Counted from the first letter of the stretch, positions 29,637 through 37,426 are shown. The stretch: 64,000 nt of DNA from Pseudomonadales bacterium (GCA_024234855.1 JACKNN010000006.1:54708-118707); one strand, 5' to 3'. Numbers and translations: made by a program. Notes: generated by a model from the letters alone, not told the origin.

Positions 29637-32600
29637 TCAGTGAAAATCACGCGAGCTCACCTGCAGGGACTGCAGTTCATGGGTGTAGTCGTACAGACCG
29701 CCGGCGATGATGTGGATGACGTTGTCCCTGGTCTCCAGGGTGCCGTTCACCAGCAGTAGCTGCGCGGACATCAATGGCTGGCGAAACTGCTGCTGGGTGC
29801 GCTGCCACACCACGATATTGCTGTTGCCGGTCTCGTCTTCCAGGGTGAGAAACAGCACGCCGGAGGCGCTGCCGGGGCGCTGGCGGCAGGTGACCAGTCC
29901 GGCGATGCGCACAAAGCGGTTGTTGCCCATCTGTGCCAGGTCGGCGTGGCGTTTGCAGCGGTCGAAAGGGGGGCGGTCGCGCAGCAGGCTCATGGGGTGC
30001 GCCCGCAGGGTGAGGCCGGTGGCGCGGTAATCGGCCAGCACCTCCTCCGCCACGCCCGGCGCCGGCAACTGTATGCCGTCATCGAAATAGCTGGCGGGCT
30101 CGGCCTGTTCCGACTGCAGCAGGGGGCGGGCCTGCTCCAGCGCCATGATCTGCCACTGGGACTGGTGGCGGTGGCCGCTGAGCGAGGCCAGCGCATCGGC
30201 ATCCGCCAGCGCTTCCATGTCGCGCTTGTCCAACTGCGCCCGCTGGCGCAGGTTGCTGACCTGGCGAAAGGGCGCCTGCTGGCGGGCTTCCACCACGCGC
30301 TGCGCGCCCTCCCTGCTGAGGCCTTTCACCAGCCGCAGCCCCAGGCGGATGGGCGGCTGCGCCGGCAGGCTTGATCGACCCTCCAGAAGTTGGTGATCCC
30401 AGTCGCTGTGATTGACATCGATGGGCAGCACGGTCACGTCGTGGCGCCGGGCGTCCTGCAGTAGCTGGGACGGGCTGTAAAACCCCATGGGCTGGCTGTT
30501 GAGCAGGCCGGCAAAAAAGGCCGCCGGGTGGTGGCGCTTGAGCCAGGCCGAGACATAGGCCAGCAGGGCGAAGCTGGCGGAGTGCGACTCCGGGAAACCG
30601 TAGCCGCCAAAGCCCTTGATCTGTTCGAACAGGCGGCGGGCGAAATCCTCGTCGTAACCGCGCGCTATCATGCCCCTGGTGAGCTTCTGCTCAAAGCTCA
30701 GCAGCTTGCTGTTCCTGCCCCAGTTGGTGATGGCCCGGCGCAGCTGGTCCGCCTCGCCACCGCTGAAGCCCGCCGCGACCATGGCCAGGCGAATCACCTG
30801 TTCCTGGAAGATGGGCACCCCCAGGGTGCGCTCCAATACCGATTTGATGGCCTCGCTGGGATAGGCGATGTCTTCCAGCCCCTGCTTGCGTCGCAGGTAG
30901 GGGTGCACCATGTCGCCCTGAATGGGGCCCGGCCGCACGATGGCGATCTCGATCACCAGGTCGTAAAAGCACCCGGGTTTGAGCCGCGGCAGCATGGACA
31001 TCTGGGCTCGGGACTCGATCTGGAATACACCCACCGTATCGGCCGCCTGCAACATGCGATAGGTGGCCGGGTCCTCTTTCGGGATATCGCTGACGGTCCT
31101 GATGGCGGGGCAGTAGCGGTGCACCAGCTGCAGGCTTTTCCTGATTGCCGACAACATGCCCAGGGCGAGGATGTCCACCTTGAGCAGGCCCAGCGTCTCG
31201 ATATCTTCCTTGTCCCACTGGATAACCGTGCGGTCAATCATGCTGGCGTTCTCCACCGGCACCAGGGTGGATATAGGGCTGCGGGTGATGACGAAGCCCC
31301 CCACATGCTGGGACAGGTGGCGGGGAAAGCCGAGTATCTGTTGCACCAGGGTGTAGAACAGCTGCGCCAGCCGGCTGTGTCCCGCCACGCCCTGTTCCTC
31401 GAAACGCTTGGCTAAATCGGCGGTGCGATCCCACCAGGCCATGGACCTGGCCAGATCGTCCACGAATACCGGGTCCAGCCCCAGTGCCTTGCCCACGTCG
31501 CGCACCGCGCTGCGGGAGCGGTAGGTGATGATGGTGGCGGCCAGGGCGGCGCGCTTGCGGGAGTACTTTTCATAGATGTACTGGATCACTTCCTCCCGGC
31601 GCTCGTGCTCGAAGTCGACGTCGATATCCGGCGGCTCGTCCCGCTCCCGGGAGATAAAACGCTCGAACAGCAGGGAGATCTGCTCGGGGGATACCTCGGT
31701 GATGAACAGGCAGTAGCACACCACCGAGTTGGCCGCCGAGCCGCGGCCCTGGCACAGGATGGCGCGCTCGCGGGCGAAGCGCACGATGTCGTACACGGTG
31801 AGAAAGTAGTACTCGTAATCCAGCTCCTCTATCAATAGCAGTTCGTGGTCTATGCGCTGCTGTATCTCCGCGGGAACGCCTTTTGGCCAGCGCGCCGCGC
31901 TGCCCTGCACCACCAGCTCTCGCAGGTAGTGCTTGGCGGAATAGCCTTCCGGCACGACCTCCTCGGGGTATTCGTAGCGCAGCTCGTCCAGGCTGAATTT
32001 GCAGAGCCGGGAGATGCGCAGCGTTTCGGCCAGCAGGGCAGGGGGGTAGAGCTGCTGTAATTTGTCCAGCGCTCGCAAATGCTGCTGGCTGTTGGCCAGG
32101 CGCTTGCGTCCCAGCTGCGTGATGCTGGTATTGTGGCGCAGCGCCGTAAACACGTCGTGCAGGGGTTTGCGGTGCGCGCTATGCATCTGCACATTGCCGC
32201 AGGCCGCCATGGGAATGCGCAGTTCGCTCGCCAACTGGTACAGCGCCTGATAGCGCCGGTGCTCGTCATTGCCCAGCAGGTGAGTGACGCCGAGCCAGAC
32301 CCGGTCTTTGCACAGCCTGCCCAGTTGCAGGCCCCAGGCCAGGTTGCTGTCATCGTTGCCCTCGGGCAGCCAGATCAGCAGGCAGCGCTTGAGGTGGAAA
32401 ATGACATCGCGCAGGGTGGCCTGGTACTGCCCCTTGGGACTGCGTCGCCGGGCCATGCTGATCAGCCCGGAAAGCTCACTGTAAGCCGCCCGGGAGGGTG
32501 CCAGTGCCACCAGTTTTATGCCCTCGGCCAGTTGGAATTCACTGCCCACGATTAACTGGATGCCGTGTTCCTTCGCAGCCATGTGGGCCTTGACGATACC

Positions 32601-32738
32601 CGCCAGTGAGCACTCGTCGGTAATGGCCAGCGCGGCATAGCCCAGCGCGGCCGCGCGCTCCACCAACTCGTGGGGGTGGGAGGCGCTGCGCAGGAAGCTG
32701 AAACAGCTGAGGCAATGGAGTTCAGCGTAGGTTGACAT
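29637..32738 (-). CDS. dnaE2: Error-prone DNA polymerase DnaE2 (ImuC)
   Basis: 1033 aa. N-terminal PHP domain YAELHCLSCFSFLRSASHP and Pol IIIalpha core motifs (PDIDVDFEH, GLLKVDILALG). It has no tau/beta C-terminal extension. A LexA box lies directly upstream. Confidence 0.93.
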   Translation of the reverse strand: MSTYAELHCLSCFSFLRSASHPHELVERAAALGYAALAITDECSLAGIVKAHMAAKEHGIQLIVGSEFQLAEGIKLVALAPSRAAYSELSGLISMARRRSPKGQYQATLRDVIFHLKRCLLIWLPEGNDDSNLAWGLQLGRLCKDRVWLGVTHLLGNDEHRRYQALYQLASELRIPMAACGNVQMHSAHRKPLHDVFTALRHNTSITQLGRKRLANSQQHLRALDKLQQLYPPALLAETLRISRLCKFSLDELRYEYPEEVVPEGYSAKHYLRELVVQGSAARWPKGVPAEIQQRIDHELLLIEELDYEYYFLTVYDIVRFARERAILCQGRGSAANSVVCYCLFITEVSPEQISLLFERFISRERDEPPDIDVDFEHERREEVIQYIYEKYSRKRAALAATIITYRSRSAVRDVGKALGLDPVFVDDLARSMAWWDRTADLAKRFEEQGVAGHSRLAQLFYTLVQQILGFPRHLSQHVGGFVITRSPISTLVPVENASMIDRTVIQWDKEDIETLGLLKVDILALGMLSAIRKSLQLVHRYCPAIRTVSDIPKEDPATYRMLQAADTVGVFQIESRAQMSMLPRLKPGCFYDLVIEIAIVRPGPIQGDMVHPYLRRKQGLEDIAYPSEAIKSVLERTLGVPIFQEQVIRLAMVAAGFSGGEADQLRRAITNWGRNSKLLSFEQKLTRGMIARGYDEDFARRLFEQIKGFGGYGFPESHSASFALLAYVSAWLKRHHPAAFFAGLLNSQPMGFYSPSQLLQDARRHDVTVLPIDVNHSDWDHQLLEGRSSLPAQPPIRLGLRLVKGLSREGAQRVVEARQQAPFRQVSNLRQRAQLDKRDMEALADADALASLSGHRHQSQWQIMALEQARPLLQSEQAEPASYFDDGIQLPAPGVAEEVLADYRATGLTLRAHPMSLLRDRPPFDRCKRHADLAQMGNNRFVRIAGLVTCRQRPGSASGVLFLTLEDETGNSNIVVWQRTQQQFRQPLMSAQLLLVNGTLETRDNVIHIIAGGLYDYTHELQSLQVSSRDFH

Positions 32739-32741
32739 ATG

Positions 32742-32757
32742 CTGTATATATATACAG
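32742..32757 (-). promoter_or_regulatory. LexA (SOS) box upstream of dnaE2
   Basis: CTGTATATATATACAG is a perfect CTGT-N8-ACAG within TACTGTATATATATACAGTA, the gammaproteobacterial consensus. It ends 4 nt from the dnaE2 ATG (32736-32738). Confidence 0.85.
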
Positions 32758-32797
32758 TATTATGAGTTTGGTCAAATTCGATGCGTTTTGGTGCCGG

Positions 32798-33434
32798 TCA
32801 GTCATCCACGGGGCTGATGACACCCAGAGCGCCGCGGTTCAACACGTGGGTGTAAATCTCCGTGGTGGTTACATCCTCATGCCCCAGCAGTTTTTGTATG
32901 GTGCGAATGTCATAGCCATTCTGGAGCAAGCGGGTGGCGAAACTATGCCGAAAGGTGTGTGTTTTAACAGGTTTTCGGATGTCGGTTTTCGCAACGGCTG
33001 CCCTGATATGTTTGCGCAGTGCTGGCAGTAACGTAATGCGATCCTTATCGCCTTTGCCCTGACGTACGGTAATCGTGTTGAGTGAAAAATCTACATCCTT
33101 CACGCGCAGTGAAAGACATTCCTGCAATCTCAGGCCGCTGCCATAAAGCAATTCGACCATCAACCTGGGGGTGCCGGACATATGGCTGAGAATCGCTCGG
33201 GTTTCCTCGTGGCTCAGTACCGTGGGTAGCCTGCGGGTGGGTTTGGCATAGCTGAAAGATAGTGTCTCGGGTTCACGCCGGTAAAACCTGGTGTACAAAT
33301 ACATCAGGGCGTTTAATCCAGTGCAGGTAGGTGCGCTCCGTGGAAAACGCATAACCGCGAGCCCTCATGTCTGCCCGCAACTGGTCCATTAGCCGGGTAG
33401 ATCCGGCGGGAATAGGGACGGGTATATCATCCAT
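32798..33434 (-). pseudogene. intI: Integron integrase intI, inactivated by deletions and a frameshift
   Basis: C-terminal part: LLYGSGLRLQECLSLRVKDVDF...RQGKGDKDR, HTFRHSFAT, LLGHEDVTTTEIYTHVLNRGALGVISPVDD (IntI-type tail). An N-terminal fragment in another frame from ATG 33434 (STRLMDQLRADMRARGYAFSTERTYLHWIKR) stops at 33285. About 45 aa are missing after HWIKR. About 70 aa, including the IntI-specific insertion, are missing between LPALRKHI and RAAVAK. Confidence 0.85.
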
Positions 33435-33775
33435 GAAATACACGCTTCGAAAAATGCCTGATGCCAGATCATCACAGGGGCTTTGTGCGCGTCAACATGG
33501 TGGCCGTTTCTCATTGGAAATAATCAACTGTATCTCGACAGGGCGACTGTAACCCGTTGAAAGATTGAGCTATGCTCCAGCAGCGGCCGTGAACAATGGG
33601 CCCGAGATCCACTCGGGGCACACAGCCAGGGTACTCTGATTCAAAAAAAAGCAAATTAAGTAAAAATGGTCAGGTGCTTGATGAATGGAAGATGTTTTCA
33701 ATTCGGGATTACTTCTATATGTGAACAAGGGGCCGTTTCTAGTTCTGATTTAGTTCAACGATTAAGCTGTTATGA
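33435..33775 (+). promoter_or_regulatory. attI / cassette-promoter region (candidate crossover GTTATGA at 33769-33775)
   Basis: A/T-rich non-coding stretch between the intI 5' end and the first cassette ORF. The last GTTRRRY match before cassette 1 is at 33769. No Pc promoter could be assigned confidently. Confidence 0.4.
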
Positions 33776-33803
33776 GGCCTGCGTTCGGGTATCGCGCTGA
33801 CTG

Positions 33804-33992
33804 ATGGGTACTCTACTCCCAATTATTCTGTCCCTGGCAATGGCCCTTGTTGCCGGGATAGAACTTAAGCGTCAGCGGCTCGTGCTGCGACCTTTTGTCA
33901 CAAGAGCCTCTAGCCCTGTTTGGTATTGGACAGAGGTGTATATCTCTATTGGTCTATGCTTGGTTTTCTTTCGGCAGGGTTTGAGCGCGTAA
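33804..33992 (+). CDS. Cassette 1: small two-TM membrane protein, unknown function
   Basis: 62-aa ORF with two hydrophobic segments. It is the only sizeable ORF in the 333-bp cassette between attI and attC1. No clear SD. Confidence 0.45.
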   Translation: MGTLLPIILSLAMALVAGIELKRQRLVLRPFVTRASSPVWYWTEVYISIGLCLVFFRQGLSA

Positions 33993-34016
33993 TGGGTATT
34001 CTACATGCACCGGTCT

Positions 34017-34108
34017 CATAACAAGTTGCTCAAATCCGTTCCGGCCCTGCGGGCCTCCACCGGACAGCCCAACCTGCGGTTCGTCTGCCGTTTAGCAAGG
34101 CGTTAGGT
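34017..34108 (+). repeat. attC site 1
   Basis: CATAAC-AAG-TTGC ... GCAA-GGC-GTTAGGT. R''/L'' pair with L'/R', and the core GTTAGGT is at 34102-34108. Confidence 0.8.
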
Positions 34109-34115
34109 GGACTAA

Positions 34116-34604
34116 TTGATTGAGCACGCCGACACATTTTATTTACTCGCTGAAGTTGCTATCGCAGTTGCTGGTTTCGCTGGTGTTGCAACCGTCTTTG
34201 GTGGACGCGAAAAGCGATTTCGCGATGCAGAGTTACTGCGACTAAGAGGGCTTTTTCAGCTTTCAGCACTTGTCCTGGCGGGTTGTTTTGGCATTGCTTC
34301 ATGTCAAGCGGCGGGATTATCTAACGAACAAACCATGTCACTCGTTTCAATGATTCTACTCGTTGCTTACGGGTTGGTTGTAATGGATGTGCCCGTAAAA
34401 GCTATACGGCTCTACCGAAAGAAAGAAACAACAGTCTCGCTTGGTGCTCTGACTGCTGCTTGGTCTTTGTATGTATTCGGTTTGCCGCTACTAACAATTA
34501 ATGCGTTCTTGCTTCGGCACGAATGGCCTCTAATCTTACTATTCTCATTGTCTATACTTACGGCGATTTGGCAGTTTTATCGGTTAGTAACGAAGGTTAA
34601 CTAG
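34116..34604 (+). CDS. Cassette 2: four-TM membrane protein, unknown function (paralogue of the cassette at 38753-39265)
   Basis: 162 aa from a TTG start. Hydrophobic helices. Shares AGFAGVATVFGGR / LLRLRGLF / WQFYRLV blocks with the later cassette protein. Confidence 0.6.
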   Translation: MIEHADTFYLLAEVAIAVAGFAGVATVFGGREKRFRDAELLRLRGLFQLSALVLAGCFGIASCQAAGLSNEQTMSLVSMILLVAYGLVVMDVPVKAIRLYRKKETTVSLGALTAAWSLYVFGLPLLTINAFLLRHEWPLILLFSLSILTAIWQFYRLVTKVN

Positions 34605-34612
34605 TGGATCCA

Positions 34613-34686
34613 CCTAACAAGTCAAGGCTGCAAGGGCGCTTCGCGCCGGGACGGCCTTACGGTCGCCCCAGCTTGAAGCGTTAAGT
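34613..34686 (+). repeat. attC site 2
   Basis: CCTAAC-AAG-TCAAGGCTG ... CAGCTTGA-AGC-GTTAAGT. The unpaired G in CAAGGCTG is typical of attC extrahelical bases. Confidence 0.85.
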
Positions 34687-35029
34687 GTCCGTGATCGCTC
34701 AACTAGAGAATACCGCTCCTCTTTCACAGGTCTGGTTTGTGCATGACTATATTCAGCTGAAGTTTCAAGATCGTACAGTTACAGTACTAAACACTCCAAA
34801 GTTACGGCTCTCTTCCGGTATGGTACTGAACAGGAGCGATGATGGCTTTTGCGACAATTTGGTATCTCAAATTGGGCAACCCATTGATGAAGCGCGGCTC
34901 ATCGAGGAAGAGCTCTTTTTCATAAGGTTTGCATCCGGCGTGGAGTTAATGGTTCCGCTAAACGATGAAGCTGTAAATGGCCCAGAAGCCTTAGAGTTGC
35001 CAGGAGCCTACGTTGTATTCAACACTTAA
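34685..35029 (+). CDS. Cassette 3: soluble 114-aa protein, unknown function
   Basis: The ORF fills the cassette. Its stop TAA lies inside the attC3 R'' box (CTTAAC). No recognisable motif. The start (GTG 34685 or 34691) is uncertain. Confidence 0.55.
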   Translation: MSVIAQLENTAPLSQVWFVHDYIQLKFQDRTVTVLNTPKLRLSSGMVLNRSDDGFCDNLVSQIGQPIDEARLIEEELFFIRFASGVELMVPLNDEAVNGPEALELPGAYVVFNT

Positions 35030-35101
35030 CAAGGGCAGGCAGTGCGCTCCCTCCGGTCGCCGGACGCGCGTACCGCGCGCCCGCTGCTGCAAGCGTTATG
35101 T
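35025..35101 (+). repeat. attC site 3
   Basis: CTTAAC-AAG-GGCAGGCAG ... CTGCTGC-AAGC-GTTATGT, with a GC-rich variable centre. Confidence 0.8.
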
Positions 35102-35132
35102 GCGCTGGACAGGCACTGTCCGAGGAGTATGA

Positions 35133-35403
35133 TTTGGGTATGGACACAACACTGAAGAATCTGCCTCTTGGTATGAATTGCAGAGGCTCGGTCTAGGTCA
35201 TGAATTCCTAGATATAGTTCTAGAGATGCTTAGCTCAATCGAACAAAGTCCATTGACTTACCCAATCGTGCACCGAAACGTTCAGAGGAGTGCTACCCAG
35301 ATTCCCATTCGCCATTTTCTATTTCTTGCAAGACGCAGAAATATCGGTCATTTCTGTCATGCATGGCAGTAGGGATCCATCCCGATGGCAGCGGCGCACA
35401 TAA
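35133..35403 (+). pseudogene. Cassette 4: ParE/RelE-family toxin remnant (frameshifted, N-terminally truncated)
   Basis: The frame of the track ORF gives SWYELQRLGLGHEFLDIVLEMLSSIEQSPLTYPIVHRNV. A +1 shift near 35290 gives RFPFAIFYFLQDAEISVISVMHGSRDPSRWQRR, the typical ParE/RelE C-terminus ending in the attC4 R'' box. No antitoxin ORF lies upstream. Confidence 0.7.
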
Positions 35404-35458
35404 CAAGCACAAGCAACCGGGACTGGCGTTCCGGCAGCCCTTGTTGTGGGCGTTATGT
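35397..35458 (+). repeat. attC site 4
   Basis: CACATAAC-AAG-CACAAGC ... CCTTGTTGTGG-GC-GTTATGT. A short (62 bp) attC. Confidence 0.8.
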
Positions 35459-35482
35459 GTCTCAGGGCATCAGGTCCAGGAT

Positions 35483-35950
35483 ATGAAAATGTACAACTAC
35501 GAACTTGAGCATATTTGTTCCGTCAAAGTTACTCTCCAGAACCCTCCTGAGGTCATCGGGCCTACGCCGGATGGGCTTCGTCTGAACATATATATCACAG
35601 GAGGAGAGGTGCGAGGTCCCCGACTAAATGGGAAAGTTCTTCCCGTGGGTGCAGATTGGCTGACCATTCGCAGTGATGGAGTGGGCGTCTTAGATATTAG
35701 AGCTACTATAGAGACTGACGATGGCGCACTGATCTATCTCTCTTACCAAGGCCTCGCCGATGCCGGTGAGGATGGGTACGAAAAATTCATCGAAGGGAAC
35801 CCTCCGTCTCCTGTTCCCCTTCGTGGAGCGCCACGCTTTCAGACAGCACATCCCGATTATCTCTGGCTAAATAGAATACAGTGCCACAATGTAGGTGAAG
35901 CTGACTTGGAAAGCTGGGTAGTGGGCTATGACCTCTATACGGTCAAATAG
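35483..35950 (+). CDS. Cassette 5: DUF3237 (UPF0311) family protein
   Basis: LNIYITGGEVRGPRLNGKVLPVGADWLTIRSDGVGVLDIRATIETDDGALIYLSYQG matches my recollection of the DUF3237 beta-barrel family. The start is ATG 35483. Confidence 0.7.
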   Translation: MKMYNYELEHICSVKVTLQNPPEVIGPTPDGLRLNIYITGGEVRGPRLNGKVLPVGADWLTIRSDGVGVLDIRATIETDDGALIYLSYQGLADAGEDGYEKFIEGNPPSPVPLRGAPRFQTAHPDYLWLNRIQCHNVGEADLESWVVGYDLYTVK

Positions 35951-35996
35951 GGTCGGCTAACGGGGCTTGGGCGGCATAGGGCAAGCTACGGCACTT

Positions 35997-36052
35997 CACA
36001 TAACAAGGCACGCAACCTGACGGCTACGCCGCCGGTTCGTTTGGCGTTAGGA
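35997..36052 (+). repeat. attC site 5
   Basis: CACATAAC-AAG-GCACGCAACC ... GGTTCGTTTG-GC-GTTAGGA (56 bp). Confidence 0.75.
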
Positions 36053-36117
36053 GTTCCTACCGCCCCAAAATCCACCTCTTGCTAAAAATGCCTTAGTGGT
36101 ATATTTTTTATACCATT

Positions 36118-36378
36118 ATGAAGTTTCAGTACGACCAAAGAAAAAGTGCCTCCAATCGCAAAAAGCATGGGATTGATTTTGAGCAGGCTCAATCTCTTTG
36201 GGATGACCCGAACTTGGTGGAATTGGCAGCGCGGTCTGACGATGAGGCAAGATCAATCGTGATTGCTCGCTTCAATCGCCAATACTGGTCAGCCGTATTT
36301 ACATATCGCGATGACGAGATTCGATTAATTTCGGTCAGGCGATCTCGGAAAGCTGAGGTAGAGCTTTATGAAAGCTAA
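36118..36378 (+). CDS. brnT: Cassette 6: BrnT-family (DUF497) ribonuclease toxin
   Basis: MKFQYDQRKSASNRKKHGIDFEQAQSLWDDPN is the BrnT N-terminal signature. 86 aa. It overlaps the downstream antitoxin gene by 11 nt. Confidence 0.85.
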   Translation: MKFQYDQRKSASNRKKHGIDFEQAQSLWDDPNLVELAARSDDEARSIVIARFNRQYWSAVFTYRDDEIRLISVRRSRKAEVELYES

Positions 36379-36601
36379 AGATTTCGACAAAAAATTCGAC
36401 CAGGGTAAGGAAGACATAATTGATGACCTGGATATTTCCAGTCTCAAACGGCCGAATCAAACACCTCGACGAGTTAACGTGGATTTTCCCGAATGGATGA
36501 TCATCTCTCTTGACAAAGAGGCGGCAAGACTGGGAGTTACTCGACAATCCATTATCAAAGTCTGGCTGGCGGAACGCCTTGAACACACCCCTAACAAGTA
36601 A
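36368..36601 (+). CDS. brnA: Cassette 6: BrnA (CopG/RHH-type) antitoxin
   Basis: RVNVDFPEWMIISLDKEAARLGVTRQSIIKVWLAERL is the ribbon-helix-helix C-terminus typical of BrnA. The stop lies inside the attC6 R'' region. Confidence 0.8.
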   Translation: MKAKDFDKKFDQGKEDIIDDLDISSLKRPNQTPRRVNVDFPEWMIISLDKEAARLGVTRQSIIKVWLAERLEHTPNK

Positions 36602-36663
36602 AGGCTGCAAGGCGCCTTCGGCGCGGGACGTCGTAACCGGCGCCCCAGCTTGAAGCGTTAGCA
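36590..36663 (+). repeat. attC site 6
   Basis: CCTAAC-AAG-TAAAGGCTG ... CAGCTTGA-AGC-GTTAGCA. Same class as attC2. Confidence 0.85.
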
Positions 36664-36850
36664 CACTCAGGAGATGAAGAGATGTCTGCTCCTTACCTTT
36701 TCAGGGATGGCGCAACCCAATGAACAACCAGATTACGAACAAGCGGAGAAGTACATAGTCGAGTGTGCTACCGATTGGGCAGAGTCGGTTGTGACCGGGG
36801 ATGTAGGACGGAGAAAGGTCTAATTTACGTTATCACTTCAAGCTAAATGA

Positions 36851-36911
36851 CACATAAGTAGTACAAGCTGTGGGGCGGCCGTACCGGCCGACCCGGTTGT
36901 AGGCGTTACAC
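36851..36911 (+). repeat. attC site 7 (diverged)
   Basis: CACATAAG-TA-GTACAAGC ... GGTTGTAG-GC-GTTACAC. The R'' box has G in place of the final C. Confidence 0.55.
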
Positions 36912-36933
36912 GTCTTTTCAGTTGGAGTGTTGT

Positions 36934-37251
36934 ATGGAATCGATCAATACAAGAATTCAAACAGCAGAATCGCTTTGGCTACTGGGTGCAGAGGCGGAGC
37001 GTTCAGAAAATTATCCGCTTGCTTACCGGCACTACACTGAAGCGCATGACCTGATAATGGACTGTGCAAGGCTTCATCAGTTGTCGCATGTAAAATTGCG
37101 AAGGGTAAATTACAAACTTGGCAACTATGGCGAATTTTTAACAGACTGGCTACTTCACTGTTTTGCGCCATTGGGAGTCTTTGAACTGGTATCCCGCCTT
37201 TCCAAAACAGATGCCTGGGGTTCAATCATCTGTAAGCGTAATGCAGCATAG
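36934..37251 (+). CDS. Cassette 8: soluble 105-aa protein, unknown function
   Basis: The ORF fills the cassette. ATG 36934 (MESINTRIQ) is preferred over the TTG at 36922. Looks helical (WLLGAEAERSENYPLAYRHYTEAHDL) with no recognisable motif. Confidence 0.55.
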   Translation: MESINTRIQTAESLWLLGAEAERSENYPLAYRHYTEAHDLIMDCARLHQLSHVKLRRVNYKLGNYGEFLTDWLLHCFAPLGVFELVSRLSKTDAWGSIICKRNAA

Positions 37252-37289
37252 TTATGCCATTCTTGCTGGGAAATCGCCGTTCAGATCCG

Positions 37290-37375
37290 CATAACAAGTG
37301 GCTCAAGATTGTGGCTTCGCCACTGGACAGCCTCAACCGGCGTATGCTTCGCTTTGTATGCGCCACTTGTGTCTG
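37290..37375 (+). repeat. attC site 8 (degenerate R' core)
   Basis: CATAAC-AAG-TGGC ... GCCA-CTT-GTGTCTG. The 5' half resembles attC1, but the core is GTGTCTG rather than GTTRRRY. Confidence 0.55.
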
Positions 37376-37426
37376 CCCCTTGCCTCACAGCGAGTTGGAG
37401 TGGTCAAGCATTTTGTGACAACCCAG

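Noticed and set aside
33528-33541. Possible LexA box upstream of intI (CTGTATCTCGACAG)
   Set aside because: The spacing is CTGT-N6-ACAG, not N8, so it is not a canonical gammaproteobacterial SOS box. It could be a decayed operator, but this cannot be supported.
34017-36663. Regularly spaced repeats that could be mistaken for a CRISPR array
   Set aside because: The repeats are imperfect palindromes of variable length (56-93 bp) and sequence. They are separated by 250-600 bp units that each contain an ORF. They have RYYYAAC/GTTRRRY ends, which makes them attC sites rather than CRISPR repeats. No cas genes are present.
36335-36664. 109-aa minus-strand ORF
   Set aside because: It is antisense to brnA and attC6, and it has no motif. 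The plus-strand brnT/brnA pair explains the region.
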